A stretch of 63,486 nt of DNA, the filler included, from Reticulomyxa filosa (Eukaryota; Protista; Foraminifera), in the NCBI GenBank assembly GCA_000512085.1. It is 23 parts of 23 records of this genome, joined end to end, with 100 filler letters (N's around TTAATTAATTAA, not from the genome) between each part and the next. Parts side by side here need not be neighbours in the genome. Positions count along the whole stretch, not along the records: positions 19,140 to 26,984 come from ASPP01001261.1; positions 27,085 to 28,824 come from ASPP01014948.1; positions 28,925 to 30,387 come from ASPP01015245.1; positions 30,488 to 31,692 come from ASPP01009887.1; positions 31,793 to 32,860 come from ASPP01007683.1; positions 32,961 to 34,607 come from ASPP01042911.1; 17 more parts are not named here. One strand, given 5' to 3'. The translations under genes were made by a program, and so were the position numbers. The notes under the pieces were generated by a model. The model was not told the origin of the DNA. It ran no database searches and saw only the letters and a list, made by a program, of their open reading frames with translations. Positions 23,834 to 34,707 of this stretch are shown in pieces; position 1 is the stretch's first letter; every line of letters starts with the position of its first letter.

Positions 23834-26800
23834 GCCAGAGCCCTATCATGACATACGTATTTGTAGTTTTTTTGTTATTCGTACAAGACTGCGTCTTTTG
23901 TTTTACCTGCCCATTCTTTTGAGGGGCGCAACAACTATGCAAATTCATTCCTTATTTTTTTTAAAAGGCTTACAGTGGGGCGTGTCAAGTATTTTGGAGT
24001 ACTCCTTTTTTTTGTCCTCAACTTCCACTACTTTTTGCCTGCAAAAAAAATTATCTTCGAACTAACGGACGCTTCATTCTGTTATTGGAAAGATAGCGTG
24101 TTCAAAATGCTAAATTAGTCAATTTAAAAACGACACTTAACTTTGTAAATCTAAATATATTTGATTATTTCTGTTTGTTTTGGTGAATCCGCATAATAAT
24201 TGATCATTTAAACACAGTTAATTTGTATGATTTGCTGTCGATCATAGTTATTTGATTTCCAGTGACAATGCTTATTTCAAGCCAAATTTTCCTAATTGTG
24301 AATTTCTGGCTGTGGGTGTTAACTATCACTCTGACCGGCAGAGTGTAATACGAAAATACTCTCTAAGCGACTTCTCAGAAAAACGAGTTAGTTAAATCAA
24401 AGAAGAATAGGAATGACAACAAACAACAAAACAAGAAGAAGCGAGAAAAGTAAGCAGTAAGTTAGTAGAGAAGTTTTGGAAAAAGAGATTTCAAGATTCA
24501 CTTGAACCTTGACATCAAATGTGGTCTTGTTTAGCGCCTTTTTGTTTGAATCTTTCGATTTTGTCTGCACACAAAAACGACAAAAAAAGTAAATACGGAA
24601 GTTTGAGAAAGCAGAACACTGGTCCAGACAGATATTTCTTAACATGCAGAATCTATAACGAAAAAGTAAATATTATCGGAAAGGAGAAGCAAGTTTTTAA
24701 ATTAATAAAAAAAAGAAAGAAGAAACATCGGAGTCACTGTGACTCCATTGCGTGTAGGAGATCAATACAAATGTTTATTAGGACATTATCAATTGTTATC
24801 AGTTTAGTCATAGCTATTTGAGAACACGTGCAAAATAAATTTTTTTTTCAATCTATCTAAAAATGTGTGATAAAGCTAAAAATCGAATAATATTAAAAAA
24901 TTTAGCTTTCTTTAATTTTTTTAAACTCTTGCACTAGATCGCTGTTAAACAACTATACGCTAAAATACGAACAAAAGCAAATTAAATTTTTTTTGGAGTA
25001 AGCGAGCATGAAGAAAGAACATTACCAATTGATTGAAAATGAAATTACAGCAGTTATTGATATGAAAAGAGAAATGAATTGTTACCATTGTGTGATGAAT
25101 ATCATCACTCAAGATTGTGGAAACGTGCAAATATTGTTACGATACCAAGATAAGATTGAACAAGTGGTATTACAACAAGTATTGAACATTGATGAAAAAA
25201 CAAGAATCAAATGATAAGAAGAAACAAAATATTACATATCGTTCGATATTTACAAAGTTATATATCGAACAATTGGAAAGACACAAATAAGAAATCCAAA
25301 ATCCAGAAATAAATCGTTATATTTTATTGAAGAAAATCACTACAAGAAGTCGTTGATACATTGGAAGAACTTGGATATGAAGTAGAGTTAAAGGTGATAT
25401 TTGCAAAATTAGTCAGGCAAAAGTCAAGATCATTTACCGCGTGAAAAAGTCCAGCTGCAAAAAAAATGCAAAACTAAAAAAACGAACATTGAGCGGAGAC
25501 CGAATGCATCCGCGCCAGCAATACACGAGAGCGGCGAACACCCAAGACTAAAAAATATTTGTATGTTTTTGCTACAGCACCTGGCGACCCCTGGGAACAC
25601 TGGAACATGGAAAACAAGACACAGAACATGGAAACTTCAAGATTTGTAAGGTCTTGATGAATTAATAACTAGTCATTAGGACTTGTAAAGACCAAAGAGT
25701 ATCAATTCACAAAAGTAATTTGATTGTTTTTATTTCATTGATTTATTTTGAATTGAAGTATTAGTTTCAATTCTCATTAAGCACATTTTAAAATACTGCC
25801 AGTTGGAACAAAATACAAGCTGTATTTCCTTTCTTAGAATTGTGAGCTACTGGTTTCTGTAGGGAATCTGGAAGCTTTGTGATATTAACCGGCCTGATCA
25901 AAATCTACGTTAGTGTTCTAAAATTATATGAAAGAAATATTAAAATATTTTTGGTTGTTTATGTTCATTTTTTTCATTACAATTCTTTGCTATTAAACCT
26001 TCATTTTGTTTTTGTTATTTGAAAGAGAGTGTGCTTGGAAGTGTCAAGATACTTCGAGATATCTTAAGTTTTGAAGAAGATTTTGAAAATTTACTAAAGT
26101 CGTTCGTCCAAGAAAGTTCATCAAGATTTTTCGGACCAAATCTTTTAACTAGCAAAAATTTTTTTATAGTAGTTGGATTGTGATATTGTGAATGGAGTGT
26201 GACTTTAAACTATTTTTTTACCATTTGGCAACATTTTTTGTTACAGTTCATTTTTGGATAGTATCGTCGGTCCAGTATCTAGTGTGTGACTTTGAAAGTG
26301 GAAGCGCTTTTAAACTTAAAGCGTATCTTGTCATCAGTTGCTCAATTGTACCGAGGTGCAAACTCCTGGTAAATGAGATAGTAACTCTTTTACTGGCAAC
26401 GGGAGGCTTGTGTGAGAGAGTATCGATCCTTGTTTAGCATTAAGATTGTTCGACGCTTTCGGGAAATTAGCAATCTCAAGACAAATACAAGTCTTTTGTA
26501 TTTGGCAGAACTCCGAGAGTCGGGTAATTTCTATTGAACATCGGGCAAAACCGAACACACTCGATGATAACAAGGCTTGTGAAGGCGATCCAGACGCCGA
26601 GGCAAGGTGTTTTTGCCATAACAGGCTCTACTGCAAGCCATATTGGGACAAAATACCCCACATTGAATTGGTTCAAGAATCCAATATAATGGTAAGGCAG
26701 ACATGTTAACTAAACGTCCGATCATGTCTGCAACTATTGAACTATCAAATGCCAGCATGCATGGTGGCCAGAAACAAACAACAACAATCAAAAATGACGT

Positions 26801-27084
26801 CGAATAATGATATGATATGGACGTCGACACAAATGGTACAAGGCAAATAGCCATAAAATGAAAGACACCAGATGATGGATTAACGGATGACATTACGAAG
26901 AAAGCAAAGCATCAATATTCGACGTTTCATGTTGTATTATACAGCTCAAGTATGCAACAAAACGAAGAAAAGAAGATTGATGAANNNNNNNNNNNNNNNN
27001 NNNNNNNNNNNNNNNNNNNNNNNNNNNNTTAATTAATTAANNNNNNNNNNNNNNNNNNNNNNNNNNNNNNNNNNNNNNNNNNNN

Positions 27085-27122
<38 letters not shown>

Positions 27123-27194
27123 AAAAAGAGGATGTATACGTAGTATTACACACAGACCCACTTTCTTTCAAAACTTTCTTTCAAAAAAAAAAAG

Positions 27195-28725
27195 GATCGG
27201 TGGTGGCAAGCATGGGCAACAGTATAGTAATGGCAAATGTGGTCGGACAAATGAGTAGCTTGTCGTGGAATTGTGAGGAGGGACTGGATTTGAAAGTCGA
27301 GTCTCGCGAAAAATCGTGGTCCAAAGGATACATCCCAGCGAACAATCAACGCACTGACACGGGGATATCCGATGCAGAGGTGCTGTTGTCCCGAATGGTC
27401 GATCGTTCCATTCGTCCACTCCTTGGAAACAGCAGCAATTCGAAAGTAGCCAGATTCTACAATGTCCAAATTAGCACCACCTTGTTGTCTAATGACAATC
27501 AATATGAAGCTTCTGTTTTGGCGTTACGTACGACTATCTTTTGGTACTTTTTATTTTAGGATGGAAGCGAGTTGTATTATTTACATAAATAAATAAATAA
27601 ATAAATGTATATATATATATACATATATATATATACATGTATATGTGTATATATGTGCATGTGTATATTTGTGTGTTGGTCTGAAGAATTAATGCAGCTA
27701 GCGCAGCAATGCACATGTCAGGCGTCCCTTGGGATGGGCCAATTGGAGCTGTTCGTATTGGATATTGTGATAATGCCTTACTTGTCAATCCTAGCGACAC
27801 TGAGCTTCGCAATGTTAACATATACATATATACATATATACATATATACATATATACATATATACATATATACATATATATATATATGTGAACAAATTGT
27901 GTTGATATAAATCTCTCCTATTAAAACAAATAAAATTTAAAAAAAAAAGTCATCGTTGAATTTGCTGTATGTCGGAAACGCGGAGAACACGGTAATGATA
28001 GAAACAGACGGAAAAGAGGTGCCCGACGAAACGTATTGCGAGGCATTGCGATTGGCGCAAAAGTCGATAAAGCCTTTAATCGACGCGCAGCAGATGTTGT
28101 ACAAGGAACATTGCAAGTCATTTACGCAGTTTGGCTTGCAGATGCCGTCGTATACTAAATTCGAAAAGGAAATGAAAGAAGTGGAGGCCATCCAAAACTC
28201 CATTCGAAGTTCCACACTCGTTAACTCCATCCAATCCACCTTTCAATCTATTTATACCAATTATGAGTTGACCAAAGTTTCAAACTTTATTTATCTATTT
28301 ATATTGCTATATTCTCTTCTCTTTTTTTTTTTTTTTTTTTTTTTTCTTCTTCTTTGTTGGATAGAAAAAAGAAAAAAACACTCCAAACTAACTGGAACAG
28401 GCAAGTCGAGGAAAAATGGCGGAAGAGGCAAGAAAGAATGGAATTACATCGATCAATGAATACCTAACGACGATATCGGAATCAAACCCTTTAATCAAAA
28501 CATTGCTTGAAGATGAGAAAATGGCGTGGGTAGTCAATGAGCTGGTCTACGACATTGAAAAAGAGACATTCCGAAACCTGTTATTTTTTGGAGACCAAAG
28601 ATGCGACGGTCGCAAGTTCGATCAAATCAGACCTTTGAGTTGTCACGTTGATGTTTTGCCTTCGTCCCATGGCTCTTCTTTGTTCCGAAGAGGCAACACA
28701 CAAGTTAAAACTTTACAATATATAC

Positions 28726-28767
<42 letters not shown>

Positions 28768-28824
28768 GTGTGTGTATATGTATATAATGATATGCTGTTT
28801 GTTTTAGTAGTCTTGTGCACGACG
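27195..28824 (+). CDS. PNPT1: Polyribonucleotide nucleotidyltransferase (PNPase, probably organellar), internal fragment
   Basis: Exons 27195-27522, 27687-27813, 27950-28276, 28401-28703 and ~28811-28824. Motifs [51 protein letters not shown] and [35 protein letters not shown]. Confidence 0.93.
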
Positions 28825-28959
28825 NNNNNNNNNNNNNNNNNNNNNNNNNNNNNNNNNNNNNNNNNNNNTTAATTAATTAANNNNNNNNNNNNNNNNNNNN
28901 NNNNNNNNNNNNNNNNNNNNNNNNTTTTTTTTTTTTCAAACCAATCAAAAAAAAAGTAC

Positions 28960-29439
28960 CTTTATTGCAGGAACCCAGCCATATCCCTGTTGTGGTCTGC
29001 GTCTTGCCTTTCATTGGATCCATCACTGCAAAGCGACATCCAAAGCACAAATTCAGCAGTGTTGACTTGCCAGACGACTGTGGACCCATAATTGATATCA
29101 TTGCGTATTGCCCAAATTCATCTTTGTTGTCATTCTCCATTTGTCTTTTTACAAGTGTTGCTAACTCATAACTCTTTCGCTTTTCATTCTTCAACGTTGG
29201 TTGATTACATAAATTACATGCTTTCAACAACTCGATAAACTTGTCCTCGGTTGCACTTTTTATTTTTGTTCGTTATTTTTATTTTTATTTTTTGCTGATT
29301 TTTCAAATGTTTAAAAAAAACAATTTTCGGGCTGTTCCAATTTTCAGAAACACTCGACACACCAAAATGCCAATGTGCCAGCATTCTTTGGATCTGACTG
29401 CACAATTTGCAGATGAGAAGACTGAATTTCTCTTGGCAT
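28960..29439 (-). CDS. SEY1: Sey1/RHD3 ER-fusion GTPase, first two exons (3'-partial)
   Basis: [27 protein letters not shown]...QTTTGIWL is the RHD3/Sey1 G1/G2 signature. ATG at 29439, exon 29439-29363, intron 29362-29256, exon 29255-28960. Confidence 0.88.
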
Positions 29440-29977
29440 TATTGATCACTAACAATAACACGTTATGAAGAGGGAAACAATTGGCTCTGTGCTTTCCGTT
29501 TTAAAATCTGTTTGCTCACTTGAGAAAAAAGAAACAATTTCATCTGTTCAAAAGAAATCGTTTCTGTCATGATTGACAGAAAATAGAACAGCATTTGAAA
29601 AACTACGTTGTTTGTGGACGCAATATAATCAGTAGCAGTAAACATAATTTGTAATATGTGTGTATTTGCTTGTAGGAATCAAAGTGATAATATGCTACAA
29701 TTGTGTATTTTATTGCTGATACAAAAATGCAAGAATTACACAAATTATGTAATTCAACAAAAATATTCCAAAAGATTTAGATAAATTGTAACAAATGGCA
29801 CAATCTTATAAAATACTTATGCAGAATAAGTGAATGAAAAACTCAATATGAATAAAAATAATAATAAATTAATTTGTATTTATGAAAAATGTTGATTGTG
29901 TAATGCTGAAAAAGTTTATCGTTTCAAATGTTTACCAGTATTGAAATTGATATATCTTACTTATAAATATGTTTATA

Positions 29978-30290
29978 CCGTAGGATAAAAAAGAAAGTTG
30001 AACACATAAAATGCCACCTTATACAGTTAGATTGAAAAGAAAACTGAAGCATAAAACGATATCTTAATTGATTTTTCATGGAGAAAATCAATTAAGATAT
30101 CGTTTTAGGCTTCAGTTTTCTTTGTAACCTACTGTAGATATGATTATGTTTCTCCATGAAAAAACAACATTTAATCAAAATTTTTTTATTTTAAAAAATA
30201 TCTAAGAATCTTGTAGTTTTTAAATATCATTTTGGTTTTTTATTAAGTCTTTCCAATTTTTTCCAAAATTTTAATCTTTCATTTGATTTG
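29978..30290 (+). mobile_element. Tc1-family element left end (TIR subtype II) hosting a nested MITE
   Basis: TA-CCGTAGGATAAAAAAGAAAGTTGAACACATAAAATGCCACCTTA[insertion]GATATGATT...AATCTTGTAGTTTTTAAATATCAT aligns with the reverse complement of ~63290-63486 and ~19720-19889. Confidence 0.85.
30024..30134. mobile_element. 111-bp palindromic Tc1-derived MITE with TA target-site duplication
   Basis: CAGT...ACTG termini, 52/51-nt inverted arms around an 8-nt spacer (TCATGGAG), flanked by TA at 30022-30023 and TA at 30135-30136. Confidence 0.92.
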
Positions 30291-30496
30291 ATAAAATTCC
30301 TTAAAAAAAGTTGACAATCGTATTTTTCTCGTATTCATGATTTGCCAATCTTTTTTAATAATTTTTAAGATTTACCTTTTTTTTTTTNNNNNNNNNNNNN
30401 NNNNNNNNNNNNNNNNNNNNNNNNNNNNNNNTTAATTAATTAANNNNNNNNNNNNNNNNNNNNNNNNNNNNNNNNNNNNNNNNNNNNGAACGCAGC

Positions 30497-30629
30497 AAAC
30501 AAAAAAATAACGAAAAAATAAAAGGAAAAAAAGAAAAGTTAAACTATGGGCCATGCGGCACTCCGTGCCGCCTGGTCCATAGTTTAACTTTTTTTTTTTT
30601 CCTTTTATTTTTTCGTTATTTTTTTGTTT
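30497..30629. repeat. 133-bp near-perfect inverted repeat (65-bp arms, 3-nt loop)
   Basis: Arms 30497-30561 and 30565-30629 are reverse complements with 3 mismatches. GC-rich core GCGGCAC-TCC-GTGCCGC. Confidence 0.95.
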
Positions 30630-31078
30630 TATAATAATAATCAATCGAAATTTCAAAAAATTTTTGTAAACTGAATTTTCGATCTAACAAAATTTTTTTT
30701 TTTAGTTTCCACTGTTTTTTGAAAAAGTATATAGCATGTTAGACGAATGAAAGTATTGTATTTTGGGAAAAAACTCTGTTTTTGATGAACGGATGGTCAA
30801 TTTGAGAAATCACCTTAATTTTTGTTAATCAGCGTGAGCACATAATTCAGTAATTTTTTTTTGTTTCGTAGAATCATAACATATGAATTTAAAATCATTG
30901 CCGAGCGCAAAGAAAAAAAATTTGATTCGCTTGAAATTTAAAGAAGTGTGTTGCGCGATTTATGAAAAAGGAAGAAAAAAATTGTATCTCAAAAAAAAAT
31001 TTCAGCACGTGAACACCAAAAAAACTTGTGCACTTTAGAAAAATTATGTATCATTTTCCCTCTTCACTACAACGATGC

Positions 31079-31660
31079 TCAGTCGGTTGGGGGGGATCCA
31101 GTAACCACAAATGGCAGAGTATCAAACAGAGCATCTCCACGTTTAACAGCAGGCCACACAAAATAACTTACATGTGGAACATTTTCAGAACCATAGTATC
31201 GAATGTGCAGTTTGTCGTCAAAGATAACTGTTTCTTTTGGTTGAAATTCTGTTGGTGTCAACGACATTGTGACATCTTGAAGTATCATCAACCAACACAC
31301 TTCACAAGCATACTTCAAATAATCTTCTGTCAATTCTTTCAGTTGTTCTTTTTCTTGGCTTTTTGTTTATTTATTTATGTGTATTTGCATCGCATCAATA
31401 ACAAAAATAATACAAACAAAAAAACTAACTCATTCAAACAATCCAAAAATGTCATCTTTTCATTGTACTTTTGAGCAACTTTGTCAACAGTGAGAGTTAA
31501 TTTGGATTTGGAGTGGTCTGTGGACGAAGGAGCGTGTAGTAAAGATTCATAGTTTTGCTGCAAATAATGACCAATTGTAAACTTCAAAACCTCTTTTTTT
31601 TTCAGAGTTAATTTTTGTGGATGTGATTTGGTTGTCGTCAATTCTTCCCGTTCATAAATT
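31079..31660 (-). CDS. MIEAP C-terminal-domain-like protein, last two exons (5'-partial)
   Basis: YLKYACEVCWLMILQDVTMSL...FDDKLHIRYYGS...VSYFVWPAV follows the MIEAP C-domain pattern (C..LCW.M..QDP.....FD...Y......Y.VWPAL). Confidence 0.65.
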
Positions 31661-32257
31661 CCATTTTCTCTCTTTTTTTGGTCCCCCCCCCCNNNNNNNN
31701 NNNNNNNNNNNNNNNNNNNNNNNNNNNNNNNNNNNNTTAATTAATTAANNNNNNNNNNNNNNNNNNNNNNNNNNNNNNNNNNNNNNNNNNNNGTCAAAAA
31801 GAAAAAATGAAAGCTAAACAATAAGTAAATTTGTTGTAAGTGCAATGGCTTTTATTGATTTTTTTTTGTTGCTGTTGGAAAACCATTGTGTTTTTGTCAC
31901 TGTCAGTTGAACATTTCAAAATGTTTAAAAAAAAAACTCGTAAAAAAAAAAAAGTTCCAATTATGAGAAGACTCTGTTTGCTGTCTTTACTTTTGAAGGG
32001 TCACTTTTTTTTAACAAAAATATTGCAGTCCAATTTTGAGGAAATAAATAAAGAGCAAAAGTTTTTTCTTTTGATGTGCCCCGACGACCATGCATCCAAA
32101 AAAAAGTGATTGGTTTATCAGTCCTTGTTTCAAGCTTTTTCACGTTCCGTAATTTCTTGACGACATTGGTCGTGATTACATTTTGTAACACTTTGAATTT
32201 AAAAAGAATGAAAAGAAAAAATGAAATATTAATGAATTTTCCAAATAACAACTAGTT

Positions 32258-32860
32258 CTACATCAGAAAATTCAATACATTTCTATCCTTTTCAACAAAC
32301 GGCAGACCGTCACTGACGGTAACACTCTTTGCAAAATCAACAGCATTCAAAATTGGTTTCTTTTCAGAAAGAAACATACAAAATAAATTGATATTGTAAT
32401 TACAACAACGCTCCTCCACAAATTCCTTCATTCTCTCTTTGTATTTTTTGTCATTACCATTCCTTCTCCATTTTTCAAATGCATGCAACATTAAACGTGT
32501 ATGTATGATGTTCTTTTTATTACATTTTAACACGAAATAAATAAGATTGAAATCAATTGAATAATTAAACATTTCATTAACACGTACAATTTGTTGGATA
32601 TGTTCGTCATATTCTGTCCATGTCAATAATATCATTTGTGTATATTCATCTTCATTTTCTACGTTTGCATTCCATGCCATTGTTTTTTTATGTGTATTCT
32701 CATCATTGATAAAATTTAGCAAAGATTTTGCGAACAAAATTTCGCGTTCGTGTTTGAATGGAGATATCCATGATACATCGCAACTAAATATTCCAAGTGC
32801 TCGCCTCATAGAAGGATGAAAATGTAAAATACATCCTTGATCACCTCTGAACATCTTTGC
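32258..32860 (-). CDS. ADP-ribosyltransferase-like protein, C-terminal fragment
   Basis: AKMF..GCILHF...CDVSWISPFKHEREILF matches the C-terminal half of R-S-ExE ARTs (A..F...g.if.i....dis.iS.f..E.EvLf). The N-terminal part is lost at the contig break. Confidence 0.65.
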   Translation of the reverse strand, partial: AKMFRGDQGCILHFHPSMRRALGIFSCDVSWISPFKHEREILFAKSLLNFINDENTHKKTMAWNANVENEDEYTQMILLTWTEYDEHIQQIVRVNEMFNYSIDFNLIYFVLKCNKKNIIHTRLMLHAFEKWRRNGNDKKYKERMKEFVEERCCNYNINLFCMFLSEKKPILNAVDFAKSVTVSDGLPFVEKDRNVLNFLM

Positions 32861-33032
32861 NNNNNNNNNNNNNNNNNNNNNNNNNNNNNNNNNNNNNNNN
32901 NNNNTTAATTAATTAANNNNNNNNNNNNNNNNNNNNNNNNNNNNNNNNNNNNNNNNNNNNCTTCCACTTTCAAATATATGACCAAATGATCAACAACATA
33001 TAAGGTATAATTTAGAACTATTAACATATAAC

Positions 33033-33234
33033 TTTGTGAAGACCTTGACTGGCAAGACCATTGTCTTAGACGTTGAGTCCGATGACACGATCTAAAACGT
33101 CAATGCAAAGTCCAAGACAAGAAAGGCATTCCAACGGCAATTAACCCTTGCTGGAAAGCAATAGAAAAACTTTAAGTGATTACAATATTCAAAAAGAAAG
33201 CACGTTATACTTGGTGTTATATTTGCGTTATGGC
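33033..33234 (+). pseudogene. Ubiquitin pseudogene
   Basis: FVKTLTGKTIVLDVESDDTI*NVNAK/QDKKGIP/..LAGKQ*/TLSDYNIQKESTLYLVLYLRYG, with stops, frameshifts, small deletions and no C-terminal GG. Confidence 0.92.
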
Positions 33235-34707
33235 TTTATTCTTGCTTTTTTGAATTTGAATATATCCAGCCTCTAAAAAAAACGATTGAATTCGTAACTT
33301 ATTCACCCTGACAATAACACCTTTCAAAATAGGCCCAGACTTGCTACCATTCATTGTTCCTCCCGCCCAAAAAGACGAAAAATAAATCCAGTATAGGGAC
33401 CTGCATACAAATTATTCATTAAATTTTTGGAGGATTCAATCATATTATATTGTAAATTGTGTAAAATGTTCATTTGTTCTTCGTCACAAGGTAAAATGAT
33501 TCGTTTTGGGAATTTCAAATTTTATTAACAATTGCAATCATTCAATAAACACGCAAAAAGTATGTGGCATATGAATATACTTCATTTGCTCGAATATGCT
33601 CCACTATGTGAGCAAATAACAGTACCAGCATTCAGCAAACACACGTATTGAAATCAATTATGTTTTTTTTTCATACATTCGTGCAATGCTAACAAATATC
33701 ATTCGTTTAACTTATTTACAGAGTGGTATTATCAAATCAAGTCAATTACATCTCATTGTGCAATAACAAAAATGGAACAAATTGATAAATAGTTCAAAGC
33801 AAAATGTTAAAAAAATTGAAATACAATTGCAAAATTCTATTTGGAGATATTCAATTGAGATTTGATACGAAAAAAATAGAAGTAAATACATTGGATGACG
33901 AAATTATTGATAAATATATTGGAGGCACATGATATATTTACAAGAATTCATAAAAATCTAAAAAAGGTGTTTGAACAAAGAAAGTCTACATACTTTACGT
34001 GCGAAGGAAATTATAGAATATTTTTACTTGTGAGAAATCTGGTCGTTGACACATTGAAATGTTTAAATGTATTGGCAGATATATAGATTAATCATATGAA
34101 AATATTGATGGAGCAATCACTTCAAAAAGTAAAACTATCTTCAAAGAAATATTTGATCTGATTAAGGAGTAAATGAATGGAAAAGATTTAATTACACCTT
34201 GAAGATAAGGATTACTTTATGTCATTAAATAAATCACAAAACCAGGTTTGGTTGATCAAGTCATATATTTAGAAATGATAAAGCAAATTGTCAAGATAAA
34301 TTCTTTTTTTAAATAATATGCATCCTTGAGAATTCAAAAATGCATTTAATTTTCTACACTTTATTAAAAACTAAGTATATTCGGTAATTTGGATGGCGAA
34401 AAAAAACATTTACACTTTTTGATTGTAATTACCAACTTAATAAATGTAAAATATTTTCTTCAGAGATTGCAAAAATATTTAAAAGTTAAGATAAAACATT
34501 CTGAATATTTAACAATTAGTGACGTTTAGCCAATTCTAATTTTTGATTGTCTTAAAATTATACTGTAATTTATTTGGATAATCATTATTTTGATTACCTA
34601 AAACATCNNNNNNNNNNNNNNNNNNNNNNNNNNNNNNNNNNNNNNNNNNNNTTAATTAATTAANNNNNNNNNNNNNNNNNNNNNNNNNNNNNNNNNNNNN
34701 NNNNNNN

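Noticed and set aside
24320-24338. Short hairpin CACTCTG-ACCGG-CAGAGTG, and AATGGACA..TGTCCATT near 55232-55255
   Set aside because: Stems of 7-8 bp are expected by chance in 63 kb, and no second copy was seen.
26190-26710. Possible clathrin heavy-chain-like remnant (IDPCLALRLF)
   Set aside because: One short motif in a stop-ridden region, too weak to call.
27590-27890. ORFs made of YI/HI repeats over TATA/TACA microsatellites
   Set aside because: These are intronic simple repeats inside the PNPase gene.
34090-34300. Possible AAA+ ATPase remnant (KPGLVDQVIYL)
   Set aside because: No Walker A or B motif recognisable.
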